A stretch of DNA of 64,000 bases from a virus. The notes under the pieces are model-generated. The model searched no databases, was not told the origin of the DNA, and saw nothing but the letters and a program-made list of their open reading frames with translations. Of this stretch, positions 31,516 to 40,410 are shown piece by piece. Every line of letters starts with the position of its first letter. Position 1 is the stretch's first letter. The stretch spans positions 32,001 to 96,000 of IMG/VR virus record IMGVR_UViG_3300014913_000007. One strand, given 5' to 3'. The position numbers were made by a program, and so were the translations under genes.

Positions 31516-31825
31516 AGTAAAACAATTAGAAGAAATAGAAAACACATTTAAGGAGATAGATGCAGTACTAGATCCTAATAAGTCTTTAGTATCTAACAGT
31601 GACTTTCTCACTATGCAGCAACTAAACGCAACTATATCAAATTATGACTCTGGTATTAGTCTAGATACTAATAATGTAATTACTAACAGAATGGAACCGG
31701 AGGAATTTGTGCTCCCAAATGTTAGGCCAGCCTGCCCAATAACTGGTCAAATGTATGTTGATCCAGGTCTTGATGAGTTGTGGATCTATATGTACTCTGA
31801 ATGGAAAAAGGTCAATCTTAGTTGA
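31508..31825 (+). CDS. hypothetical protein with fibre-type RP..P..G..Y.D..W module
   Basis: C-terminus resembles the C-terminus of 56241-57794. Confidence 0.55.
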   Translation: MNKVKQLEEIENTFKEIDAVLDPNKSLVSNSDFLTMQQLNATISNYDSGISLDTNNVITNRMEPEEFVLPNVRPACPITGQMYVDPGLDELWIYMYSEWKKVNLS

Positions 31826-32035
31826 CATTCAATGTAATATAGGTTAAAATACAATTATGGGAAAAAATAAAATACCACTAGATAAACAAATTGATACATG
31901 CAATAGAAGAATTCAAGGACATTTAAATAATCCTAATTCTAATCCAGAAAGATTATTTAGATTGCTTGAAAGACTCGCTAAATTAGAAAATCTCGTACCT
32001 AAAGGAAGTAAGAAGAAAAAGAAGTAGGTTCTTCC

Positions 32036-32335
32036 CTACTTCTGTTCTAAAATTTCTTTTAGCTTATTTCTTATATATTCCTGAGTTAAACCATAATCTA
32101 GGTTTAAGTGCATACATGCATACTGAAAGCTCATTATCAATGGGTCTTCAACTTCTGGTACGATGAGCCATTCTAGAGATTCCCTTCTCTCTACACTACT
32201 CTCTAAGTCAGCTACTGCCCTCTCTATCATGGCTTTTAGTAGTCTCTTTTCTCCACAGAAATCAGCACAATTATTCTCTATATTAATAGTCTCTACTGAG
32301 AACTTACTGTTAGATTTAGATCCTGTATTAAACAT
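32036..32335 (-). CDS. hypothetical protein
   Basis: AGGAG RBS. Confidence 0.6.
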   Translation of the reverse strand: MFNTGSKSNSKFSVETINIENNCADFCGEKRLLKAMIERAVADLESSVERRESLEWLIVPEVEDPLIMSFQYACMHLNLDYGLTQEYIRNKLKEILEQK

Positions 32336-32374
32336 ACTGCTCCTTGCAACTAAATTAAATTAAATTAAATTAAA

Positions 32375-33229
32375 TTAAATTACCTCATAAGTTACCGTTC
32401 CATCCTCTATTAATTCTAGGTTGAACCCACTCGGTTTTCCATAGTCAGCATAACATACTAAACATGGGAAGCCCCTCATCATATTCTCTTTACCAAAGTG
32501 TGTATGACCAGACACTATGAGTCTCACTTCTCTCATCTTTGTTAATGTATCTCCTGCAGTTAAATTGTAGAAATATGGAGTACCTAAATTCCAACCATGA
32601 TCCTTCCAGGTTATAGTTTCAGGGAGTATGGGCATATGTGTAAATACAGCTACATGTTCTGAATCCTTATCCATTAAGCCATCTTGTATTCTTTCAACTA
32701 GTGCTTCTACTCTTTCATTAGCAAAATCTATATTACTTTTAGATAGTTTAACATAGTCGGAGTCTTTGGTTCCGTCTTTAATATTTGCAGCATAGTATGC
32801 ATCTGGTAAAAGCTTTATAACTCCTTCATGTTCCCTTTTTGCACTGTAATCATACCAAATTATACTTCCGGTTAATAACCAGTTATTTAATTTAAAATTT
32901 TCCTGCTCTAAATATATGCATTTACACTCTTCACATATTCTAGGTATCTCAGTATAAAAAGCCTCATCAGTGGTTGAAGTCTTTCTCCAATTGGTGCTCC
33001 AGATATCGTGATTACCTGAGACTACTAAAACTGGAGTGTCTGGAAAATACTTGTCTTTTATAAGTTTTAAAGCTTTTTTAAAAGAGTTTTTACCATGGGA
33101 CAGATCTCCACCGATTACAAAAGCTTCAGGATTCCTTAACTGAGCTTTCACCATGAAGTCATCAAAGGCTGTAGCGTCAAACCTAGGTCCTAATATATGT
33201 ATATCAGATGTAAAAACTATATTACTCAT
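32375..33229 (-). CDS. calcineurin-like metallophosphoesterase
   Basis: SDIH, GGD, GNHD, TH, GHTH. Confidence 0.9.
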   Translation of the reverse strand: MSNIVFTSDIHILGPRFDATAFDDFMVKAQLRNPEAFVIGGDLSHGKNSFKKALKLIKDKYFPDTPVLVVSGNHDIWSTNWRKTSTTDEAFYTEIPRICEECKCIYLEQENFKLNNWLLTGSIIWYDYSAKREHEGVIKLLPDAYYAANIKDGTKDSDYVKLSKSNIDFANERVEALVERIQDGLMDKDSEHVAVFTHMPILPETITWKDHGWNLGTPYFYNLTAGDTLTKMREVRLIVSGHTHFGKENMMRGFPCLVCYADYGKPSGFNLELIEDGTVTYEVI

Positions 33230-33497
33230 CTTCAGTTAAAACTCCAAAAACATCATTTATTAACAACCCACTATTTGTATGTTTTATAAGTACTAATCTA
33301 TCCTCATCATAGATAAATAATTCCCACCCATCTCTCAGTAATATCTGAAATTTCTGAACCTTATCTGGCTCATTTAATTTACGCTGTTCCTTCATCAAGT
33401 CTAAGTAGCTAGGCGAAATCTCCTCTAGTAATGGGCTTAAAGTAGCACAACCTGAGAAAAATATAAATATAAATATTAAAAAAGCTAATCTATACAT
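33222..33497 (-). CDS. putative lipoprotein
   Basis: hydrophobic signal ending FSGC. Confidence 0.6.
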   Translation of the reverse strand: MYRLAFLIFIFIFFSGCATLSPLLEEISPSYLDLMKEQRKLNEPDKVQKFQILLRDGWELFIYDEDRLVLIKHTNSGLLINDVFGVLTEDE

Positions 33498-33614
33498 AAT
33501 ATTATATCCAAACTATTCGTACCAAAGTAAATGGTTAAATTGGGGGTTTCCTGAAAAATCCTTTAACCAGTTAGTTATTTCTAAAGTTGTAATAAACATT
33601 AAATAACCCTACAG

Positions 33615-33932
33615 TTAGTTACCAGCAGACTTTTTCAATAAATCTTTAGCGTCATCTTTTAACATTTCAGATAGAGCCGTGATTAATTTAATCTGCCTCT
33701 CTACTTCTTCCCAATCCTCATATTGGAAAGCCACGTCCAACCTTCTGTACATACTATCCTGCTTCTCTACTATCTCCTCATACTGATCAAACCTGCTTAT
33801 CCAGTCTCCATGATTAGTTGTATTCATTTTACCTTTGGCTTGCTTAACGGCTGACCTAAGCCCCTCTAGTGAGCTTTTTAGGTAATTGTATATATATGTT
33901 TCTAAAATTTCCCTTTGTTTTTTAGTAGTCAT
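33615..33932 (-). CDS. hypothetical coiled-coil protein
   Basis: AGGAG RBS; sigma28-like promoter upstream. Confidence 0.65.
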   Translation of the reverse strand: MTTKKQREILETYIYNYLKSSLEGLRSAVKQAKGKMNTTNHGDWISRFDQYEEIVEKQDSMYRRLDVAFQYEDWEEVERQIKLITALSEMLKDDAKDLLKKSAGN

Positions 33933-33951
33933 TTACTTCTCCTTATTTAAA

Positions 33952-33980
33952 CTATCGGCAGTATGTCTAATTTTCTTTAG
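33952..33980 (-). promoter_or_regulatory. sigma28/FliA-like promoter
   Basis: minus strand TAAA-N16-GCCGATAG. Confidence 0.65.
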
Positions 33981-34039
33981 TAAAACTTTAAAGTTATATA
34001 AAAATACTTGTATTTCTTAATAAAATCTATGAAATATTC

Positions 34040-34609
34040 TTAGTTATTTAACTCCTTTATTAAAAATTTAAACACCTTTATTCCCAATTTCACGTCATTT
34101 AAAGCTATATGTAGGTCTCCAGAGGTGCAAATTTTAAGAGAACTTGCTACACTTTCAAGTGAGAATTCTGCGATCTCCTTCCCGGTTTTATACATGTAAA
34201 GCTCTATCAAGGAAGTTATATCAATGAACCTATAATTAAACCGTATCTCAGGCTCCCTAGCTCTTCTGAGAAACATAAAATCCAACATTAAGTTGTACCC
34301 GACCCAGATATAATCTCCCTCTGGGAGCCATTCTCGAAGGCTTTTAACTGCTTCCTCAGGAGGGCTACCAAGTTCTAGAAGCTCCTTACATATTTTTACC
34401 TTCTTCAATGCTCCAGGATGTGCATTAGCTAAAACAGAATCTGAAGACTCTCCTGACCTTACTCCTACATTAATACTAAAAGTGTCTACTATACCAAAAT
34501 TCTTTGGATCACATTTTATAGCAGCAATTTCAATAAGTTGGTTTCTTACTGGATCTGGTCCAGTCATCTCACAATCTAGAAATATAAGAGGACACTTAAA
34601 ATTTTGCAA
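34040..34609 (-). CDS. DEDDh 3'-5' exonuclease
   Basis: FLDCEMTG, GYN..LD, HIALND. Confidence 0.85.
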   Translation of the reverse strand: MQNFKCPLIFLDCEMTGPDPVRNQLIEIAAIKCDPKNFGIVDTFSINVGVRSGESSDSVLANAHPGALKKVKICKELLELGSPPEEAVKSLREWLPEGDYIWVGYNLMLDFMFLRRAREPEIRFNYRFIDITSLIELYMYKTGKEIAEFSLESVASSLKICTSGDLHIALNDVKLGIKVFKFLIKELNN

Positions 34610-35227
34610 CTACGCTCCTAAAAACTCCATATCAACAGATACATTTACCTTCATAGTAGGTATACCTATTTTATCTATTAAACCTAGTTTTTTGGCTTGT
34701 TTACTAGTTAAATACCAATTAGTATTACCTCTTTCTTTTAACTTATCAAAAAAGTATTTACGATCCAAAGCACAATTAACAGCTAATATTTTGTATAATT
34801 CTTTTTTCAATCTTTCTGAATTTTCTACAGATACTTTCATATCTTCTACTTTTCCAATAGTTCCAGCACTAGCATCATGTACCATTATGGTGCAATTTGA
34901 ATCTGCAAATCTGTATCCAGGGGTACCACTACTCAGTAAAACTGCTCCACAACTCATGGCTTTACATAATCCGACTGTTGCTACTGGTTTTGAACTTCTC
35001 TCGATTAGAGATAACATTCCCATGAGTGTATATATTTGCCCTCCTGGGCTATCTATTAATATAGGAATAATAGGTTGATCCGGGTTGGACTCTGCCCTAT
35101 CAAACTTCTCTCTAAATATTTCAAAAGACCTGGAATTAAAATCAGTAACATTAATTACTGTAGGCATATCGAATAAGTCTGATTTTCTATAATTTATAGA
35201 GTTGTCTACTTCAGTTATGATCTTCAT
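34610..35227 (-). CDS. clpP: ClpP-like protease
   Basis: IDSPGG, AMSCG, MVHD, GLIDKI. Confidence 0.85.
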   Translation of the reverse strand: MKIITEVDNSINYRKSDLFDMPTVINVTDFNSRSFEIFREKFDRAESNPDQPIIPILIDSPGGQIYTLMGMLSLIERSSKPVATVGLCKAMSCGAVLLSSGTPGYRFADSNCTIMVHDASAGTIGKVEDMKVSVENSERLKKELYKILAVNCALDRKYFFDKLKERGNTNWYLTSKQAKKLGLIDKIGIPTMKVNVSVDMEFLGA

Positions 35228-35251
35228 GTAATTCCTTAAAGATTAACAAAA

Positions 35252-35764
35252 TTAAGCTAACAGGTCCCAGAAATTATCCTCTAATGTTTTGGCACATTCT
35301 GGATCCAAATCTTCCATATGTTCAATTAAATGTTCATGAAGGGTTTTAAGTGCTAACCTAGATTCCTTCTTTACTTTTATCAGCTTCCCTCCTTCCATTC
35401 TAGCTCTGTGTTTGGCTTTTGCAGTTTCTTCACATAACTTACATCTGTCTTCTTCTAGTTTCCAAACCTTATGTAGTTCCTTACTATATCGCTTTTCAGT
35501 CCATTCTAGTGATTTTCTGGTTTCTTTATGCTCACTACGCTCTCTATCTAATGCTCTTTGTAGATCACGTATGTTCTTTTTTGAATTTTTCTTATAGGCT
35601 GTGAGTGCTTTCAATCTAATCTCAATGTGTATTAGGTAGTTAATCACTAAAGCTAAATCTTTAGACTTCCAAGGTGACTTGTTCAAGATTTCGGTTAAAT
35701 AAGAAATAGAACTTTTTAAATCTAACATATCCTTCTCCTTACTTACCTTTAAGACTTTCAGCAA
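35252..35764 (-). CDS. coiled-coil hypothetical protein
   Basis: ORF. Confidence 0.55.
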   Translation of the reverse strand: MLKVLKVSKEKDMLDLKSSISYLTEILNKSPWKSKDLALVINYLIHIEIRLKALTAYKKNSKKNIRDLQRALDRERSEHKETRKSLEWTEKRYSKELHKVWKLEEDRCKLCEETAKAKHRARMEGGKLIKVKKESRLALKTLHEHLIEHMEDLDPECAKTLEDNFWDLLA

Positions 35765-36161
35765 AAGCTTTACTTTCTGCTTCTTTTTTAGCTTCCTCTT
35801 TAGCTTCCTTATTTTTATCTAGGAATTCTCTAAGCCTTTTAAGTTTGAATTCTTTGACCTTTTCTATGGCCTCTTCACCAAGTGCTCTCTTAACCTGTTC
35901 TAGCATAATAAGACAGTCTGCAACTTCTTCTGCGACCTCTTCAATTTTACCTTTTCCGACTACAAAGCGATTTATAGAGGCTGCAAGCTCACATGACTCT
36001 TCAGCTGTTACTAGCAATTGAGTTTCTACTCCCCAAAGTATTAAACACTCTTCATAGATGTCCTTAGGCTCAGAGCAACATCTTCCAGCGCAAGAACCAC
36101 AATTCTCAGGTCCACATTCTTCTGAACAACTACCACCATCTTTATCATTTTTACATGACAT
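35739..36161 (-). CDS. MazG-like NTP pyrophosphohydrolase
   Basis: EESCEL..EEVAD motif. Confidence 0.75.
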   Translation of the reverse strand: MSCKNDKDGGSCSEECGPENCGSCAGRCCSEPKDIYEECLILWGVETQLLVTAEESCELAASINRFVVGKGKIEEVAEEVADCLIMLEQVKRALGEEAIEKVKEFKLKRLREFLDKNKEAKEEAKKEAESKAFAESLKGK

Positions 36162-36219
36162 ATACTGTCTCCTATTTTAAATATACGATTAGAATATCAA
36201 AATTCTAGTAAAATTACAA

Positions 36220-37254
36220 CTACTTTAAGTTCATTAATTGCTTTAAATACTCTTTCTTAACTATCCTATAATTCCGTTTGCTTGGATGTTGACGCTTAAC
36301 TGTATCTAATCCTTGAAATTCATGTCTCCACACATACACATCTAAACCTTTCTTACGTGCTTTTCGTATTATCTTTTTTGTTTCTTTGAAACTACTCACA
36401 TGACTTCCCTTATACCAATCTTCCCTAGTTAAATCCTGTCCTGGGAAGTTAAAATAGTCTCCATCAAAGGATACTATATCTCCCTTACTCACTAGTTTAA
36501 GGTGTCTAATATCAATTGTATGTATTTCACGTTTAAAATTAGAATATCCATATGGAATATCCCCCACATTATTTCTTGCAAAAACTACATTACTACTATC
36601 TTTAAAAACTGATTTCAAGATCCTTGCTTTTTGTTTTACTACTTCCCACTTTCCACCATCATTATCCTCTAAGGATATTGTAAGAGTAAATGTCATTTCT
36701 GGATATGGATCTACAAACTCACTTTTTATGCCCTTCAACCACTTTCTGTATTTTAATCTTGTTTTTCTATTATTTACAAAAGAATCTTCTAATTCCCTGA
36801 CATTCATATTTTTGCAAAAGGATGCTAAATTCATTGTGCGTATTCTAGGTGGTCTACATGCTCCACAAAGTGTGTATATTTCTATATGTACACTCCTGCC
36901 TTCTTCTAAAAACATACTCATTAACTTGTAGTAGTTTATAGGATCTGCTCCAAAAGCATTCTTACCGTATAAGAGTGCAAAAGTCGGTCTATCTGATTCT
37001 CTTAAAATTTCATAGGCATCTTCTACCGGAAAATTTTTATGTAATAAGGCCAATATGGCTAAACCTCTTCTACCATACTTATATTTCCTATCCAGATTTA
37101 ATGGGACTTCAGATCCAGGTCCCTGTAATGTAGTGATATTAGTATTGAGAGTATAAGACCTTGAATTGATTGAGCTGTCTGCATATTTACTGTTAAATAT
37201 CGAGTAACTGGAGAATACTAGAATTATTAATATAATTGCATATAATTTCTTCAT
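36220..37254 (-). CDS. exported hypothetical protein, paralog of 27135-27860
   Basis: signal peptide; shared motifs. Confidence 0.7.
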   Translation of the reverse strand: MKKLYAIILIILVFSSYSIFNSKYADSSINSRSYTLNTNITTLQGPGSEVPLNLDRKYKYGRRGLAILALLHKNFPVEDAYEILRESDRPTFALLYGKNAFGADPINYYKLMSMFLEEGRSVHIEIYTLCGACRPPRIRTMNLASFCKNMNVRELEDSFVNNRKTRLKYRKWLKGIKSEFVDPYPEMTFTLTISLEDNDGGKWEVVKQKARILKSVFKDSSNVVFARNNVGDIPYGYSNFKREIHTIDIRHLKLVSKGDIVSFDGDYFNFPGQDLTREDWYKGSHVSSFKETKKIIRKARKKGLDVYVWRHEFQGLDTVKRQHPSKRNYRIVKKEYLKQLMNLK

Positions 37255-37418
37255 ATATTAATAGTATCATAATAATATTTTCTTGTAAAGAGTATACCAG
37301 AGTACTCTGGGACATTTTCAAAAGTTGCTTCCAAAATTTTTTAAGAAAAAACGCTAGTAGTAAATTAATACAAACTAACGTTAAAATTTTAGCTTAAACT
37401 TTGTTAAGGTTTAGTTTA

Positions 37419-38075
37419 CTAAGATAAGTCTCCTACTGCAGACCAGGTATCAGTATCCACCTTAACAAGTGAAAACATTGAGTATTTTTCAGTAGTTGTA
37501 TACTCGTTAGCTGCACTCTGAATAACTACTCCTACACCTGAAGTCATAGTCACTGCACCATCTCCTAGTTGTCTTATCATATATTGGGATCCTACTGGCA
37601 AAGTTACAGATGAGTTAGCAGGTATTGTTAGAGTAATTGGACTACTATTGTCTAAATCTATTTGATTACTCATATCTGATGCTTGAAGGGTATAACCTGT
37701 AGTAGTTACTACATTAATATCTATAATATTCATGCTATTAGTCAAAGCTACTAAGTTTTGGTCTATGCTTAAAAGTGTTTCATATACATTGGTTCCAGTT
37801 ATAACTGTAAAAGCTGAATCGTCAACTGCAATATCTAAACTGTCTGCTGGAATGTTTTGTAATTGTACGTCAATCTCTTCTAAAATACTCTGTACCTCAG
37901 ATCCAGATAGTACTGTGAAAGTAGAATTATCTACACTAACAATTTCTGCACTAGTTAATATTCCAGAGATTACTGTACTTCTCCGAAGTATTCCAGCTGT
38001 ATCATATAGATCATCTTCTATCTTCCTTACTAATGATTCAGGTCTTACCTGTGGATCTACCTTGTAGTTACTCAT
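37419..38075 (-). CDS. putative virion fibre protein with MSNYKVDPQV N-terminal module
   Basis: start at 38075 by homology with paralogs; C-terminal YTLQASD..ITLTIP..W..GDL domain. Confidence 0.7.
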   Translation of the reverse strand: MSNYKVDPQVRPESLVRKIEDDLYDTAGILRRSTVISGILTSAEIVSVDNSTFTVLSGSEVQSILEEIDVQLQNIPADSLDIAVDDSAFTVITGTNVYETLLSIDQNLVALTNSMNIIDINVVTTTGYTLQASDMSNQIDLDNSSPITLTIPANSSVTLPVGSQYMIRQLGDGAVTMTSGVGVVIQSAANEYTTTEKYSMFSLVKVDTDTWSAVGDLS

Positions 38076-38163
38076 GGGGAGGGTCTCCGCTAACAATTAT
38101 TTTCGTATACAAACTATAAATAGTACAAACCAGTATACTAAAATACCTTTATATAAAGTACAT

Positions 38164-39900
38164 TTATGTAGCTACTGTCCACCCTTTTCCAGTTGCTATA
38201 GCTATCTGTGTAGGTGTAAGCGAAGCTGTTCCTGGATTGGTGGCCACATTAATAGTCATTCCAGATACAGTTGCTAACCCATTGAAAATGTTCTCTATTT
38301 CAGCCGTCGGTAAACTACATCCTTCATAGGAAATATCATAAGCTGTCCCACTTAAGGTTCCTACTTCCAGACTATCGCAAGCCATAAACATACCTGTAAA
38401 GTTAGTCACATGTGAAACATCAAAAGATGGAATTGAAACTAAATCAGAACAGTTCCTAAAAAACTCAATCATATTAGTAGTCATGCTAGAAATATCGAAA
38501 TGTGGAATAGTAGTTAATGATTGACATCCTGAGAAAAATTGCTGCATATCAGTTACGTTCGAGGTATCATAATGTGGTACTGTTGTAAGAGATCTACAGC
38601 TATAAAACATCTGACTCATATTCGTAATGTGAGACGTATTAAAATTAGGTAGCTCCTGTAAATTCTGACAATTATAAAAAAGTCTAAATAAACTAGTAGC
38701 ACTAGAAATGTCTAACTGATGCACTCCAGTTATTGAAGTACATTGCCAAAAGGTTTCTCTATAATCTGTTACACTAGAGGAATCAAATTCAGGTACACTT
38801 TTTAATTCTCTACAGTTCAAAAAGGTTCTATATAAGCTGGTTAGGTTTGAAGTATCCGTTGGAAAATCAACAGTCTCTAAGTCCATACAGCCATAAAAAG
38901 TGCCTTCCATATTTGTTAGGTTACTGGCTGTACCTGTCAGAGTGATTTCCGTTAGTTTGCTACAATTCTGGAACGTTCCCCCTAATGAATTCGAGTTAGA
39001 AATGTCTAAAGTTGGTACATCTACTAAATTAACACATTGTGTAAACATTTGTAATAAAGTATATGCATTAGATGTATCTAAAGCAGATACTGTAGTCAAA
39101 GAATCACAACTAGTAAACATACCTTTAAAATCAAGGACACTAGAAGTATCAAACTGTGGAATAGTTGTTAAACTATTACAGTTTTCAAACGTCTCATACA
39201 TACTAGTTACTTTAGAAGTATCGAAAAGAGGTACTGACTCTAATGAACTACAGTTACGAAACATGTGCCTCATATCTAATACATTAGACGTATTAAATAA
39301 GGGTATCTCTTGTAGGTTTGAATTATTATAGAACATAGCTTGCATAGTGGTAGCTTTAGAAGTGTCTAATAATGGGACTTCAAGTAGATCACATCGGTTA
39401 AACATGCTCTGCATTGTGGTTACATTTGAAGTATCTAACAGTGGGATATAATTTAGATTTCCGCATTGTCTAAACATTTCTACAGCGTTGGTGACCGTTG
39501 AAAAATCCCCCGACAACGCACTTTGGGCTATTGTAAGGTTGGAACATTCCTGGAAAGATTGGTCGCAGTTTATCATCCCAATTTTCCCGAAATTTGTTAT
39601 CTCTTGCAATTTATCCCTATTTGAATTCTGATAAGTATCAATTCTTGTAGCTAGTCCTTCCATTTTTATAGTGTAATTTCCAGGAGTTGTATAGATGTGT
39701 GTTGCCTCAGCCTCGTCCCAAGCCGTTATATGATTTCTCTCACTTCCATCTCCCCAATCTACTATGAAGTCATAAGTTCCTGCTGAAACTATAGGTAATG
39801 TAAAAGATTCCAAGGGGGTAGTTGTTTTCCAGACTGAAATAAAAGAGACATCTACTCCACCTTGAGCTAGTATTCCATGAGTTAAGATCCTGAAAGCCAT
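38164..39900 (-). CDS. BspA/DUF285 leucine-rich-repeat surface protein with PKD-like domain
   Basis: VDWGDG; many DTS.VT.M..MF..C..L repeats. Confidence 0.85.
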   Translation of the reverse strand: MAFRILTHGILAQGGVDVSFISVWKTTTPLESFTLPIVSAGTYDFIVDWGDGSERNHITAWDEAEATHIYTTPGNYTIKMEGLATRIDTYQNSNRDKLQEITNFGKIGMINCDQSFQECSNLTIAQSALSGDFSTVTNAVEMFRQCGNLNYIPLLDTSNVTTMQSMFNRCDLLEVPLLDTSKATTMQAMFYNNSNLQEIPLFNTSNVLDMRHMFRNCSSLESVPLFDTSKVTSMYETFENCNSLTTIPQFDTSSVLDFKGMFTSCDSLTTVSALDTSNAYTLLQMFTQCVNLVDVPTLDISNSNSLGGTFQNCSKLTEITLTGTASNLTNMEGTFYGCMDLETVDFPTDTSNLTSLYRTFLNCRELKSVPEFDSSSVTDYRETFWQCTSITGVHQLDISSATSLFRLFYNCQNLQELPNFNTSHITNMSQMFYSCRSLTTVPHYDTSNVTDMQQFFSGCQSLTTIPHFDISSMTTNMIEFFRNCSDLVSIPSFDVSHVTNFTGMFMACDSLEVGTLSGTAYDISYEGCSLPTAEIENIFNGLATVSGMTINVATNPGTASLTPTQIAIATGKGWTVAT

Positions 39901-40030
39901 GTTAATATTTTTTCCTAATATCTACTGTTATATTCCTATAGGAGAATATAGTACATTAGGAAGAACTCTGGTACAAACTATGGGACATTTCTCGAAAATT
40001 CCTCCCAAAATTTTTTAGGGAATATCCAGG

Positions 40031-40408
40031 CTACTGACTTTCTTTGTTAACCCATTTCCCTTTTACATCTCTAACCTCAGTCTTAATGTTCTTAGGATTC
40101 ATTTGTTCTTCTACTATCTCTTCTATAGATGGCTTACCCATAAGCTCTGCTGATTTTATCTTTAACCACATCTTAAAGGTATCTGTATCTAGCATACGTT
40201 TGAAGGCACTTTTTTTATTAAGTAACTGACTCTTAGAATCCCTTGCCTCACCCCTAGCTCCTGAAGCATGGTGAATTACTCTAGCTCCTGAGTCTGTCTT
40301 ATTCTGATGCTGTCCACCAGGTCCTCCAGATCTAAAGGTCTGAACTTCACAGTCCTTAATTGAAACTGAAAATAATAACTCTTTCTTTTTATTAGGTTTA
40401 TTCTTCAT
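40031..40408 (-). CDS. GGQ peptidyl-tRNA hydrolase / release-factor-like (PrfH/ArfB-type) protein
   Basis: FRSGGPGGQHQNKTDSG, SQLLNK. Confidence 0.85.
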   Translation of the reverse strand: MKNKPNKKKELLFSVSIKDCEVQTFRSGGPGGQHQNKTDSGARVIHHASGARGEARDSKSQLLNKKSAFKRMLDTDTFKMWLKIKSAELMGKPSIEEIVEEQMNPKNIKTEVRDVKGKWVNKESQ

Positions 40409-40410
40409 AA

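Noticed and set aside
38164-39900. CRISPR array or DGR in the repetitive regions (also 21259-21684, 45346-45438)
   Set aside because: The repeats are protein-coding or short tandem units without unique spacers; no cas or reverse transcriptase gene in the window
40031-40408. Canonical rtcB2-prfH operon
   Set aside because: The two genes are about 35 kb apart; any functional pairing is only conjecture
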